Position numbers and translations under genes: made by a program. DNA of 63,728 nt, the filler included, from Octopus bimaculoides (Eukaryota), in NCBI RefSeq assembly GCF_001194135.2. It is 9 parts of 7 records of this genome, joined end to end, with 100 filler letters (N's around TTAATTAATTAA, not from the genome) between each part and the next. Parts side by side here need not be neighbours in the genome. Positions count along the whole stretch, not along the records: positions 26,425 to 44,598 come from NC_068985.1; positions 44,699 to 46,348 come from NC_068993.1; positions 46,449 to 52,941 come from NC_068993.1; 6 more parts are not named here. The stretch is one strand, 5' to 3'. Below are positions 36,431-50,681 of the stretch, piece by piece (the stretch's first letter is position 1; the number at the start of each line of letters is the position of its first letter). The notes under the pieces are model-generated. The model was given only the letters and a program-made list of their open reading frames with translations. It was not told the origin of the DNA and searched no databases.

Positions 36431-37938
36431 AGTGCACGTGCATATGTTACAGATATGCACATAAATGCAGTTATACATTATTTGTAGAGTCAAAAGTTTG
36501 GTAAGTCAAAATGAAATATTTTAGAATCAAATAGATGGTTTATAAAGACTACGAAAATAAAGTCGAATATGCTCTAGCCGACAAAATACAATTTAACAAT
36601 TCCATTCTAATAAAGCATTAATTTACAGGAAACAACGCTGCGTATTGTTTGTAGAGCCACACTTATACGCGCTTTTTGTGTTTGTGTATTAGCCATTTTA
36701 GCGTCTCTATATTTATTTACACATGTTTGTATATATTTGTATGTATGAACATGTATGAATATAACTGAAGATGTTACATTCAGAATATTTCTGAATAGAT
36801 ATGAGCATTTTATTTTATTTCTTTTTTCTTTATACGCTTTTAGTTATATGTGTTCCGTTTCAGATTGAAATAATGAACGATTTGTGGATATTAACACTTG
36901 TTATTCATTAGAAATCAGAAAATTCTCTAAGGCAAGGTTCATAATCATATGATATCAAATCAGGTTTTATCCCTGCACATTTTGCCTGTAACTTAGAAAG
37001 AAGGAAACAAAAACACATAATTACTTTCTGAAAATAAATTGTTGATAATTTAAAACATAATAACCCTCACTATGTTAACTATTAACGTCTCCATTTCGCA
37101 AAAGCTATGCCAGTGAATCGTGATATTCTTCCGAAGCATTACTAGTCATTAATAGGTGCGAACAGAGTCATGTACTTCTGCTCGTGTGATACTAGATATT
37201 TAAATTAAAAACTCCAACAACTGCTGCTAGCGAAAACATTTATAAACATGCCTAAACACAATGATATATTCATATTATGAACGGACAATTATGTCAATAT
37301 CGTGGTGAACATACAATTTGAAAAGGAGCCGACTTACGATTAAGATGCTGGTGTAGAAATTACATGACATATTCTGGAAGAAGGTTAGCATGAAGATATT
37401 GAACAGGACTGAGAAGGGACAACAGCTTGGCAAATTCTGCCGGGTGTCTGATAGATGAAGGATTTGATCTTATAGTTGAAAGGATGGGAAAAAAATCCTG
37501 CTTGACATTTTCTTGAAAACTCCAAGTCAGCTAACTCTGAAATAAAATCTGAAGAAACAGGAAAAAACTGAGGAAACTGGAAGAAGCCCGTCATATATAT
37601 ATATATATTTATATATATATATATATATATATATNNNNNNNNNNNNNNNNNNNNNNNNNNNNNNNNNNNNNNNNNNNNNNNNNNNNNNNNNNNNNNNNNN
37701 NNNNNNNNNNNNNNNNNNNNNNNNNNNNNNNNNNNNNNNNNNNNNNNNNNNNNNNNNNNNNNNNNNNNNNNNNNNNNNNNNNNNNNNNNNNNNNNNNNNN
37801 NNNNNNNNNNNNNNNNNNNNNNNNNNNNNNNNNNNNNNNNNNNNNNNNNNNNNNNNNNNNNNNNNNNNNNNNNNNNNNNNNNNNNNNNNNNNNNNNNNNN
37901 NNNNNNNNNNNNNNNNNNNNNNNNNNNNNNNNNNNNNN

Positions 37939-38002
<64 letters not shown>

Positions 38003-38989
38003 CATGCATGTATGTATGTATGTATATTACTTGGCGGATGATATTTCCGTTAAAGGCGACACCATAGCATCTATCGCTTCCCTAATTCTGTGTATTTACA
38101 TAAATTTCCTCTATTGTTGACACTTATATATGCTTTCCAACGCGTTATTTGATGCGCCATTTAGTATCATCAATTAAAATGTCGCCATTTTTTAGCACAC
38201 AGGTATTGTTTTATATTTACATTATTAGGAAGCTTTTGTGCCAGTTAATGAAAGAAATTTTGGAATCTTAACTGTTTCTAATATACTAAATAAGTAAATG
38301 AATAAAATAGCAAAATGTAAACACATACAGGGTATCATAATATTAGGGATCTATGCATAGTTACAGAAAATAACATAGCTGAAAGTATTATATGATGATT
38401 ATATTATATGAATTATGAGATAATTAGTAAATGAAAGATTGAAACTTTTTGCTTATAGCTAATATTAAGCAGTTGAAAGAGTGATTAGAGAGAATATAAA
38501 GCAAGGGAAAATTAACGCGATTTATAACTTGTGAAGCTAAGGAAAGGGAGAACTAAAATGGAATTTAAGTAAATTACGTTAAAATAATATTAAAACTAAC
38601 GAGCAAGTATTTCTTTAATGAATTGGAGCGCAAATTTTTTAGCGTACAAAAATTGTTATTACCCTAATATGCCCTATCAAATGATAGTTTACTTATTATT
38701 TGAATAATTAAAAACTAAATTAGTATATTAAAAAATAAAACATTATATATATATAATAACAGCTACCAGACTCAGAAGCCTTCATGCGGTTTTCTCCTAT
38801 TTTGAATGAAAAATATTAATGTGGAAACAAATAGCACAGTATATATACCGTATTATTATATTGTAATCAATTAGTTAAGGGAAATCAATATATTACCGAA
38901 TAATAAACACATTGTCGACGTAGAAAAAAAATATTACCTCATGTTATTCATTATTCAAGTGGTCATGCGTATAACAGAATAAAACAGTT

Positions 38990-39165
38990 CTATATTTAAG
39001 AGATGAGGAATTATGTACATTATTTACATTATTTACATTTGACGAATATTTGTCCTCATCTTATTTGGTGTAAACACAACATTTCGACTGATATACTATC
39101 CAGTCTTCATCAGGTGTTATGGAGAAATTTCGAACCTGGGTTCTCATTCCTAAGGTAGTTTTCGA
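38990..39165 (-). mobile_element. Penelope-type terminal repeat (inverted relative to the adjacent RT fragment)
   Basis: Reverse-complement match to 9097-9205; contains the HHR motif below. Confidence 0.75.
39073..39118 (-). ncRNA. Minimal hammerhead ribozyme motif (one core-adjacent substitution)
   Basis: AACAC-CUGAUGA-A-GACUG(loop)CAGUC-GAAA-UGUU-GUGUU: perfect helices I and II; U replaces the C of GAAAC. Confidence 0.65.
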
Positions 39166-39174
39166 TATTATTAT

Positions 39175-39540
39175 TACCCATAAAGTACAGACAACACTAC
39201 AGTAAACTACCACACATGTACAGTCTCCCTAAGATTCAGAAGGATGGTATTCCATTAAGACATATAGTGAGCTATAAAGGTTCAGCATGCCATCCAATGA
39301 GCTGCTTCCTGGTAGATATAATTAGCTCATTAGCAGGAAAGTCAACGTCATACGTGAAGAATTCCACCCACTTCACAGAATTGATCAAGGATATCCCCAT
39401 TGAATCCAACCAGATGGTGAGTCTAGATGTGAAAAGTCCCAACTGATGAAGCACTATCGGTGATTCAAGAAAAACTAGTGACAGGCACCCATCTAAAAGA
39501 ACGCGCTAGTATAGCAATAAGAAACCTGATGGAAATGTTA
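39175..39540 (+). mobile_element. Penelope/Poseidon-type RT N-terminal fragment
   Basis: MYSLPKIQKDGIPLRHIVSYKGSA..LAGKSTSYVKNSTHF..MVSLDVKS(del)PTDEALSVIQEKL. Confidence 0.88.
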
Positions 39541-40344
39541 ATTAGAAATAGTTTTCTGACTGAAAATATTCAATTACTTAAAATACTTAATAATAAAAGA
39601 TGTTCAAAATTATTTGATAAAAAAGATGTTCAAAATTATTTGATAAAAAGAATATTAAAAGTAGAATTTTAAAGAATTTTCTAGAGTGGAGAATTTAGTA
39701 ATTGGTCACTCTTAGTAAAATTACATACCTATAGCTAATCAATAACCAGTTTTATTCATGATATTTAATAAATGTAGGAGCAAATCTATCACTGACGTTT
39801 AAAGCAATTATGAAATTTACAAAATAGAAAATAAATTTAAATGGATAAAGGATTACGAGGAAAATGAATATATTAGGATAATATTGTGGAAACGAACTGA
39901 AGCGTTTCAATGCATTTGGAAAATGTTGAACGATAAAGCCAGACTAAAATATTTTATATACACAGGACAATACTGTTCTACGGCATAATCTTACAATATG
40001 CTTCTGTGCTTTTATCATTGTATGTGAAAAATAAGGGAAAGTCAATAAAATTAGACTAAAATGGGTCGAAGCCAAGCATGAAATGTGGTGCTTTTCATGC
40101 TAGTAAATGACTTTTGAGACAGCGTTCCATTTAAATGTAAAGTAGGTGCAAGTATACTTCAAAGCCCATATGCATTTAGAATCGGAAGATTCATTTACTT
40201 TCCATTATAAGAAACTAATCTATTAGAGGTACTTGAATAGTTAAAATAATGCAGTGACAGATTCGATTTATATAATGGTGATAGTTAAATTAAGGTTGTC
40301 AAATGAAATTATGTAAACTGGAAAGAAGTTAGAATTTCTACAGA

Positions 40345-40700
40345 ATTCCTCTTTCCATTTATTTTATTGGTCTTTAGCCAGAGGCAAAGCCATGCCGGTG
40401 CACCGCCTTTCATAGTGATTAGGGGGTTTTCTAGGTTGTTTCTGGTGAAGTAGCGAGTTGGACACACGTATTCTTCTTCGTGCCTACTACTTCGATATGA
40501 GTTCATCTGGTATCTCTTAGAAATTTGTCTAAATATTCTTTAAAGACCTACACATCTACATCTCACAAATCTTTAAGGCTGTTTCAAAGAATATGGAATA
40601 ACTGCGAAACTTTGCAAACTTAAATTGTAACGATTCTGAGTAATTTTTCTAGATGGTATTATGCAGTGCCGTCCAGTTTGGTGGTTAGTAATTTTAATTG
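40345..40700 (-). mobile_element. CR1-like LINE 3' end
   Basis: TGRHCIIP..FKEYLDKFL..PDE..SNSLLHQK; homologous to 61648-61985. Confidence 0.75.
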
Positions 40701-41564
40701 TACTTTTATTAAAAAAAGTAAAGAAAGTCAACAGCATCAATGGTATGACAGCATCATTTATATAAACATGGATATACGTATGCATATAAATACTTGCAAA
40801 TACACACACAAATACACACACAAATACACACACAAATACACACACAAATACACACACAAATACACACACAAATACACACACACACACACATTTAAACTTA
40901 CGCGTAATATTACAAGGAACATACTGGTACATGAAAAAACTTATAAATATCTTAAGAAAGCTATCATTAATACACGAAGTTATCTGCTCAACATCTACAT
41001 ACTATATACATTTACGTGTTCTGTGGCCTTCTTATAATGCTAGAATTATTGCGTCATTGCATATGCTTTACACGATTACTCTTAGTCAGGACCAGTGAAT
41101 AATGACTATCAGTTGGATATGGAACATATTGTGAAGATGTGCCGTTTGTATGATGCTTTGAACTTCAATACTCAATAATAGCAGAGCTCCGAATATTTCA
41201 AATTGTTGAATTACATTCTTGCTGTTATAAACCTTCTATGTAATTATCGTAAACACCAATGCTGGCGACAAGGATTTAGAGCAATTTTAATCACCTATCA
41301 AAATCAAGATAAAGATTAAATATGATAATTACGACCAAGTAGAAGCATGCCAATACGCTTTAACTCTAATCTATTTAAAGATGTCACTTAACCCTTAACT
41401 ATTTTAGTCAAAGTTTCTTGCATTAAGTAACATCAACGTGAACATCAATCTAAATTCTACCCGTCATATATTTATAAGAGTGTCTCTGTGATAGCAGTGA
41501 ACGCACACGCGCACACACACACACACTCCTTATATCGTCATCTTTTATGGATTTTATAATTGTT

Positions 41565-41660
41565 GTTTAATCGTCCATTTTTCCATGCTTGCATAGGTTG
41601 GGCGTGTTTTTTTGTGGCAGACACCCTACGACCGGATGCATTTCCTGCTTTCAACCCTCA
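41565..41660 (-). mobile_element. Repeat family D tail (degenerate)
   Basis: TTTAATCGTCCATTTTTCCATGCTTGCATAGGTTGG..GGATGCATTTCC; related to 54575-54715. Confidence 0.5.
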
Positions 41661-41799
41661 CCTATTTTCCCATTGTCAGATGTATTTTAGATATATATTG
41701 CAAATGGATGAGACTGTATGAAAACGTTACCCATTTCCATTTATCCTGTTATTCAAGACGAGAAAACACTAATATACATTGACTCACACACATACAAAA

Positions 41800-41945
41800 A
41801 GGTTCTTTCAGCCTTTGTCTAACAGATTCACCCGAGGCTTTGGTTTACCAGGAGTTAGACTAGACAAGATATCCCAACATACCAAGCAGTAGGAATGAAA
41901 GTGGAATCATGTCGTTGGGGCACAGACACACAGCTAAGCCATTGC
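41800..41945 (-). mobile_element. SINE family A, old copy
   Basis: TTCTTTCAG..GAGGCTTTGGT..CACACAGC. Confidence 0.5.
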
Positions 41946-42098
41946 CGGACTGTCTGACGATGGTTTAGTTGATCGAAATTTCGAGATTTCTGTCAATAGT
42001 AGTCTTGCTAAAGAATAATAAATTTGCACTCTGCAAAAGAATGGAGTAGCACTTCAGGTTTATATTAATTTGTTTCTGTTAAAACTGAACATGATAAC

Positions 42099-42235
42099 AG
42101 CGTAGTTGTGTGGTAAGAAGCTTGCTTCCCAACCAAGTAGTTCCGGATTCAACCTCACTGCATAATGCCTTGGAAAAGTATTTTCTGCTACAGCCTCGGG
42201 CCGACCAAACGCTTGTGACTGTATTTAGTACACAG
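42099..42235 (+). mobile_element. SINE family A, 5' half
   Basis: GTTGTGTGGTAAGAAGCTTGCTTCCCAACC..GCCTCGGGCCGACCAAACGCTTGTGA. Confidence 0.8.
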
Positions 42236-42276
42236 AAGTAATAATATAATTTTGTTTTCGTCGTAATTTCTCATAT

Positions 42277-42322
<46 letters not shown>

Positions 42323-42522
42323 NNNNNNNNNNNNNNNNNNNNNNNNNNNNNNNNNNNNNNNNNNNNNNNNNNNNNNNNNNNNNNNNNNNNNNNNNNNNNN
42401 NNNNNNNNNNNNNNNNNNNNNNNNNNNNNNNNNNNNNNNNNNNNNNNNNNNNNNNNNNNNNNNNNNNNNNNNNNNNNNNNNNNNNNNNNNNNNNNNNNNN
42501 NNNNNNNNNNNNNNNNNNNNNN

Positions 42523-42566
<44 letters not shown>

Positions 42567-44562
42567 GATTTATATATATATGTATGTATACAGATACATG
42601 CGCGTGTGTGTGTCTTGGTGTGTGTGTGTGTGTGAGTCTGTGTCTGTGTGGATAACTATAGATATCTTTTCATTGATTTGAAATACATTTCGGGAATTTT
42701 CGAATACCGAGTACTTATTAACGTTTTCTTTAACTCAATACATATCTTGATATCACATGCGTAAAATATTTGGAATAATAATTAAACGTATATGATATGA
42801 AAATCCAAGTGTATATATATATATTTGATGAGGCGAAGATTATATCTACTTTTTCTTCCTTATAACTTTCCTATTGAAAATTTAATGCATCTATCCTTAT
42901 CGTTTCTCACTCTGCTTCCCATCCAGCGAATGACTGTCACGTCCACCATATTCCTGTATTTTTCATACTTCTCTTTTTCATTCTCTTAATCTTTATCGGA
43001 TGCTAACTTTTTATGTAGAAGGCAAAAATTTCTAACTCTAATTTCATCACTATCTCACATAAATTCCGAATATCTTTGACCTTCTTAGATCTCCAAACAC
43101 CTGACTTGAATCTAAAAAAAAAATAACTTGTATTAGTAAATTTTGAGAACAATATGCGCATATTCTCGAATTTTCTATACAGATTGTTGACTTAGTCACC
43201 TCTGTCTTTTGCATCAAAATCCTTTGTTAATGAAACGAAATGCATCTATTGTAACAATGATTTCTAACATACATCAAATACGCGAAAATACCTGAAATTC
43301 AGGTAAGGTTAGCTTCAAGGTTAAAACGAGGTAGAAATGATTGAGAGCGTCAATTTTCAAATCGATGCTTTCAGATAAATCGTGGAACCATTTTTTACTG
43401 ATTACATAGAAGATAAGTGGAATTAAAAGTTTTAAATCGCAGGAAGCAGAGAAATAAGGAAATTTGCACTGCACTTAAAATACAAAAGAACTAGACACGC
43501 GCATATTCATACAAATATACGCGTACATACATAAACGTATCTATACCTATGTATCAATCTCCCCCCCCCCCATCACAAACACTCTCTCGTTCGCTCCGTC
43601 CTTGTATAGATATGTGTGTGTGAGTCTGTGTGTACTTTTGTATTCGATCTTGTGTGTAGTTTTACACTTTTTACTAACGCTGTTCCATAATTTTGTATGA
43701 TTTCGTAGGTTTTCGTTTAGGAAACTGGTTTTTCAAAATTTACCATCGCTGTTTCAAGACCTCTGTCACCTCACATCCAGAAGGAATTTTTATTTGCGCA
43801 TGTTGAGACCATGGAATATCAGATGTAACTGATGCAAATTGCAGCGTTGATGCTATTCGTGTACAATCACCGTCGAAAGTAACATTCTGACCTTTAAATT
43901 TCTTCGGTAATGGCTAAGCGTTTGCTCTCGATTTGAACCGATGGGTGACTTCTATGTTTAGTTTATACTGTGTTGTACAACAAATTTTGGTTACAACAAT
44001 AGCTGAATTTCTACAGGGAAAACTCTGCACTATACTATATAATCATGCTGAATTTTAATAATGGCTAATTGCAAAGAATTTGGCCATCGATCGATTTATA
44101 GGCTACTTAAAGTTATTACATACACAGGAATTACTTAAAAGTCAGTCAGGTATCTACAATCTCACGATATATACTAAAAGTGAGATCGACCTAACAATAG
44201 TTTCAACTGTCATTGCTCCTTCATCAGTTGTCAGTTATGCATTTCATGGAATTTATATAAGGCCATTATTATTTAGCTTACAAATGAATGGGGAACATTA
44301 ATTTGATTGACACACATTTGCGCAGTTATTGCTAAGTAAATTTCAACAGTACCACCAATTATGTAAATTAAAACACGTCAGCAATATTCATTTATCATGT
44401 TGAAATTTTCTTTGAGGTAAATACAAAGATGGTGATTATCATCGCATTTCTAAATTTATTGAACATATTCGATATTTAGACAGTCGAAGGCCTGTCAAGT
44501 TTATCCAACTTCGTACTATAGTAAACATTGGTATCTATTTATCTATCTCTCTGTATATCTAT

Positions 44563-44593
<31 letters not shown>

Positions 44594-44749
44594 AATATNN
44601 NNNNNNNNNNNNNNNNNNNNNNNNNNNNNNNNNNNNNNNNNNTTAATTAATTAANNNNNNNNNNNNNNNNNNNNNNNNNNNNNNNNNNNNNNNNNNNNTG
44701 TGTGTGTGTGTGTGTGTGTGTGTGTGCACTCAGGAGTTCATCTCTACAT

Positions 44750-44849
44750 TCTTCAAATCAAACTCAATTCAGACGGCTATGTGAACCTGCTGGAGACTGT
44801 GATCTATCTCTTGCAGCTGGAAGCCTATATGTGTGGGAGTAGGATAACG
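44750..44849 (+). mobile_element. Tc1/mariner-superfamily transposase fragment
   Basis: KLNSDGYVNLLETV..AAGSLYVWE*D resembles the segment before the second catalytic Asp (Y-x-WQQD). Confidence 0.5.
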
Positions 44850-44990
44850 TAACTAGTACTTTATTTAATCGACTCCGAAAGGATGAAGGGCAAATTCGAC
44901 CTCGGTAGAATTTGAAAGAACGTAACGGCAGACGAAATACTGCTCAGCATTTCGCCCGGCGTGTTAACAATTCTGCCTGCTCACCGCCCT
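44850..44990 (-). mobile_element. SINE family B
   Basis: CGAAAGGATGAAGGGCAAATTCGACCTCGG..CGGCAGACGAAATACTGCTCAGCATTTCGCCCGGCG. Confidence 0.85.
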
Positions 44991-45434
44991 GAAGCTATAT
45001 ATATACATCGTCATCTATGCACTTGTAGATTGATACTGAATACCCTGCTGCATGACAAACACAAATTGTCTACGTTCAAATCAGAATCGGTCATCACCCT
45101 TATAATGGAAGCTCATTCCAAAAACCTACGCCCTGCATATTAATCAACATAGCATTTTATTCAAATTCTAAATCGGGAAATCTTTTAGCTTCTGTCATAG
45201 TGACGACACATTTATAACATAACCAAAACCACACCCCACAATTTAAATTCACGAATAAAAAATTATTTTTTTTTAACATAAATTTATTCCTTTTTTTTTC
45301 GTAAGCATTACTCAATATTCGTGTAACATATTTTCACTGTCGATTTGTTGAGAATTCTTGACACTGCAAGAATTATGCACTTATATATGTTGCCTTTTCA
45401 TGTAGTTTGCTTTCGTATCTCCTAAATCTTTTTT

Positions 45435-45471
<37 letters not shown>

Positions 45472-46022
45472 CTGAAACCATATACTTTAAGCAAAGTTAG
45501 TGACAAATTTTGGGAACGTGCTTGGCAGACATATTACTACAGCTTGATCGTTTAGTGAATGATTGATAGTTATATATCTATCCATATAACCTTAACTCAT
45601 CTAACGTTTGTGTGTGTGTGTGTCAGTGGGAATTTATCATTGGTGCTTCTTCTTGCTTGTCTCGGCAACCTGACACTTTTTTTTGTTTTTGCTTTTGAGA
45701 GAGATAGAGAGAAAAAACATTACGTGAATCATACATATATGTACGTCCATATAGAGGTGTGTGCATGTATGTATGCTTATGGAAACCATTCTAGACCGCT
45801 ATAATAAGTCAGAAAGGGCAACGAACCTTACGTATATTGGCACAAATGCATGCACACACACAACTGTATGCATATATATATGCGCGCGCGCGTGTATGTG
45901 TGTGCCCGTGTGTGTGTGTGTGTGCATATGTGTGTGTAAGTGTGTGTGTGATGCAGGAAGGCAGAATGAACAGTTTTTAATCTAAATCACAACAATCGTG
46001 TTTGTGCATTATATATGTGTGC

Positions 46023-46066
<44 letters not shown>

Positions 46067-47389
46067 ATATAGGTGATTTCTCTGAAACCAGAATACCAGA
46101 ACTAGACTGGAACAAACCCCTTATTAAACACGAGACGGCGTTCAAAAGCAACTGTATTCAAAAAGCAAGTGTACACCTCACAGAGAGAGAGAGTGAGGGG
46201 GGAGAGAAAGAGAGCTAAAGGGAGGAGAGAGAGAGATGAATTGAAGAAAGGAAAGAGAGAAGGAGGGAGAAAAAACTGTAACTTATGACAAGGTATTTTG
46301 TGCAGCATTCTGCCCCGTTATGCCATACCAGTTTATTTCTTTATTGCCNNNNNNNNNNNNNNNNNNNNNNNNNNNNNNNNNNNNNNNNNNNNTTAATTAA
46401 TTAANNNNNNNNNNNNNNNNNNNNNNNNNNNNNNNNNNNNNNNNNNNNATATATATATATATATAGATATACACACATGTATCTGCATAGCATGCATATA
46501 TATTCATACATATCTATATAACGTGAATACATACATATACATATATACGAATGGTTGTATGCATGAAATCAGTTTGTAGTCACGAGGTCGCTGTTATTCT
46601 GAGTCTAGAAACACGCCATTTGTTCAAGATGTGTATATATGTACTTAAAGTAATTAATAGTTTGACTATACTGTCTTTGATGAAACATAAAATATAGAAA
46701 ATATTACACTTTGTTTGTTAATAATAAGCCACACATTAGCAATTAATATGAAACTTGTTACTTCGATGTTTTTGAAATACACAAATGACAAAAATTGATG
46801 GCTTATATTTAGATAAAAAACGTATCAATACATGCGTACTCTCACGTATATGCAATCAGATAAATACAGATATACATACCCACGCATACAAATATATTTT
46901 ATATATAAAAAGGTGCGCGTGTGTCGTGTGTGAGTGCCTGTGTGTCTGGACGGGTGTGTATGCGTGGCTGTGTGTGTTTATAAAATGCAAAGTAGAATGA
47001 CATATAGTCGATAAATATTTTAAACCACCATTCACTTGCATACTTATTATTAAAAATAATAAGCAGCAAATAACGCGTGTGTGTGCGCGTGCATGTGTGC
47101 GTGTGCGTGTGTGTGTGAGTGTGTGTGTCTGAGAGAGAGGGAGAGGTTGTGTGTGTATGTATTTCTATGTTTGTTTGAGTGCACCGAATGAAACCATATA
47201 TGGTGACATTAAACAATTTGTCGTAAAATACCCATGGATATATGAACATACTAATATATAAATATACACACTCACATACCCACACTCTCGCACACGCACA
47301 TATACTCAATATACAAAAATATATGTTTGCCTATGTATACAGATACCTGTGAATACATGCGTATATAAATATGTTATGTATGCTTGTAC

Positions 47390-47452
<63 letters not shown>

Positions 47453-48039
47453 TAGGAATACATACATATAAATATTTCTTTATATACATACCAACAGGCA
47501 CACTCTCACACAGGCATACTCTCACATAGGCATAAGTATATCATACAGACACATTTTCACACACCTATTCTATAGACTACTTTAACAGTTTATCTCATGT
47601 GAAAACGCCCATAATGTTTATAATATGTTATTTTCTTGTTATATAGATTATTTTTTTCTTGTGTGTTTTTACACATGTGCATTCAAGTTAGTTGCTGCTT
47701 TTTTTTCTATGTCGTAGTCTTTCATGAGAATTAATTAAATATTTAATTTTTAACAATATTCATATGCATAAAACATTCTATTTTACATATCGTTCCCATC
47801 TACATACAACTCTTCAATTTCCGCCATATCACAGTTTCTCAAACAACAATTTTGTTTTAAAATGTCTACCATATTGATTTTAATTTCCATTATTAATTTC
47901 TCTTTTGTTACTGTTTATCTTGTTGCATCTTTTATTAATACGAAATTGTGTCGGATGGATGTCTGATGATTCGATATAATCGATTGTACTCTCTTCTATA
48001 TCTATTCCACCCCCGATGAATTTTCAACATTGTTGCCTA

Positions 48040-48196
48040 TCTTAGAAATATATGCCATCATCATCACCATCATCTTCATCCTCTTCCTCTTTCATCATCA
48101 TTATCATCGTCGTCGAATTGATCATGGTCATCATCATTATTATCATCATCATCATCATCATCATTATCATCATCATCATTTTCCTCCTCCTCGTCG

Positions 48197-48227
<31 letters not shown>

Positions 48228-48310
48228 GTTTGTTGTCATCGTCTTCATGGTCATCGTCTTCATGGTCATCGTCTTCATGGTCATCGTCGTCGTCACCATC
48301 ATTATCATCT
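48040..48310. repeat. (CAT)n low-complexity tract
   Basis: Direct reading. Confidence 0.9.
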
Positions 48311-48319
48311 TCTTATAAA

Positions 48320-48410
48320 ATAAGTAGCAGTGGAACTCTGGGGTCGATAAAATCGGCCATCCCCATTCTCACAAAATTTCAGGCCTTATGCCTATAGCAG
48401 CAAGGTCTAT
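48320..48410 (+). mobile_element. SINE family B, 3' fragment
   Basis: CTGGGGTCGAT..AAATTTCAGGCCTTATGCCTATAG. Confidence 0.65.
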
Positions 48411-48529
48411 TAACTTTGTGAGGTAGCAGAATTGCTGCTGCGTCGATCAGAATGCTTAGACGAATTTTCTCCGTATATTTATGTTTATTAACCATTTCTC
48501 ACGGCTATGAACCGTGATACTGACAGAGA

Positions 48530-48586
<57 letters not shown>

Positions 48587-48904
48587 AGGGATAGGAGATT
48601 GAAAAAGAAAGTAAAGAAAGAGAAAGATATCTAGTAATTGGTATTTTATTCAAGAGTCCCAAAGGAGGAACAACGAGTTTGATCACGGTCAGATTTGAAA
48701 CCACAACGCAGAAAGCAACGTAAACACTCTGCTCTAAAGACTCTTTCACTTCTCCCCCATTTAATCTTAGACACTCCTATGACAGGATTGTCACAGGGCG
48801 AATAAATCTGACCATTTATCTGCTCGATTAGGGTAGTCCTGGATTTGATTAACGATAAATCTGCACTAACAGCGATAGCAACACTAACAACAAATAATAA
48901 TACA

Positions 48905-49030
48905 TATTTTCTAATTTTGAGACTACGCCAGCAATTTTAAGGAAAGAGGGCAAGTTTATTACAGTGACCCCATTGATTGGCTGGCAGAAGATTTTATCAA
49001 CCTCTGAAGAATGAAAGGTAGAGTTCCACT
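48905..49030 (-). mobile_element. SINE family B, old copy
   Basis: GCCAGCAATTTT..GACCCCA..TGAAAGGTAGAGT. Confidence 0.45.
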
Positions 49031-49339
49031 TGTTTATTATTTATCTTTTTTCTTTCCAGATTTTCGTTGCTTTTGCAGCCTCGCCAATGGATGTTCATTG
49101 ACAAGGCTGCAAGAGTAACGAAAATTTTGGAAGGAAAATTATTAATAATAAATCAATGGAAATCGAACCAGTGAGTGTGTTAGATAATAAGGCATTAAGA
49201 TAATATGACCCTCCCTAGACACAACATAATTTGCTTCAACACACGAGTACACATAAAGAATCTTGAAAATGAGATACAAAAAACGAAATGTGTCCTATAC
49301 TTCCGCCAAAACTCACTACCATTCAGTAAACCGTATGGT

Positions 49340-49450
49340 CTGAGTTCCAATTTTACCACGGTCGTCTTTTCCTTTCATCCTTTCAGGGACGACAACGAAA
49401 GTATCAGGTGCGCACTGGAGTTGTTGTCATCGACTTCCACCACCAAACAA
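49340..49450 (+). mobile_element. SINE family B, old copy
   Basis: CTGAGTTCCAATT..CCTTTCATCCTTTCAGGG..GCGCACTGGAGT. Confidence 0.55.
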
Positions 49451-50068
49451 AACAGCTGGTATTTCGTCAAAAATTAGAAAGAATTATGAGGTAAACGAGG
49501 GCAACAAAATGTCGGAAAAGTTAGAGCATCGGAAAAATGCTTCAGATTATTGCTTCCCGCTCCTTACGTCTTGAGGAGAAAATCTGCAGAGTTCAGCTTT
49601 GCCTTTTATCTGTCAGGAGAAGATACAGTAGTTGCGGTCGAGTACAAGCTCGACAGTATCTACTAAAGCCTTCCGTCATTGATTTCTAGCCGTATGCTTT
49701 AAATCAGAAACAATTATTAGTAAGTGACCCAGTTGATTAAATCGATCAAACTTAATAAAATGGTATACGGTATTTAATTACACGACTTTGAATTCTGTGT
49801 TTAAAACCACTCCGAAAGCGAAACAGCCACTTTTTTTTATTCGTGACAGACAAAATATAGGACCAGCTGACAACCGTCCTAATTTTATTTGTGCACATTT
49901 GTTTTATATCTTAAATAACATTTCTTTCTGATTTGTGATGATAGTATTTATGTTTTGAATTTTTTCATAGTTATTGGTTTTGTTGGTTGTTGAAGTTTCA
50001 GGTTTCTAATTTTTTGATATTTAATTACTGTTCAATAAAGAAATATTTGAGAAAGCGTTTGATGTTAG

Positions 50069-50103
<35 letters not shown>

Positions 50104-50378
50104 AAAACATTTGCATACGCAAGCATACTCATACATCATATATAAATAGTGTGCGTGCATATATTTATCTGTACTTATGTATACGCGCACACGCGCGCAA
50201 AACACAAAAAAACAACACTCACACAAGCAACACACACACACATATACACAAATACGCATATATATCAATATATAAGTATATATGTGTGCATATATACCTA
50301 CATACGCTCGAATGTGCATGTATATATATGTGTGTGTGTATGTGTGTGTGTACACACAGTTGCACAAATATTTTATAC

Positions 50379-50423
<45 letters not shown>

Positions 50424-50470
50424 AAGACGCAAAATGCACAAATGAAATATACGTATTTATATATACACAA

Positions 50471-50510
<40 letters not shown>

Positions 50511-50650
50511 NNNNNNNNNNNNNNNNNNNNNNNNNNNNNNNNNNNNNNNNNNNNNNNNNNNNNNNNNNNNNNNNNNNNNNNNNNNNNNNNNNNNNNNNNN
50601 NNNNNNNNNNNNNNNNNNNNNNNNNNNNNNNNNNNNNNNNNNNNNNNNNN

Positions 50651-50681
<31 letters not shown>

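Noticed and set aside
39596-39650. About 28-bp tandem duplication
   Set aside because: Ordinary local slippage duplication
43179-43300. Good AG/GT pair ending CAG|gtaagg
   Set aside because: All three frames contain stops; at most a non-coding exon
49062-49170. Acceptor tttctttccag with donors at about 49117 and 49171
   Set aside because: Several alternative sites and frames, no recognisable peptide; too ambiguous to list
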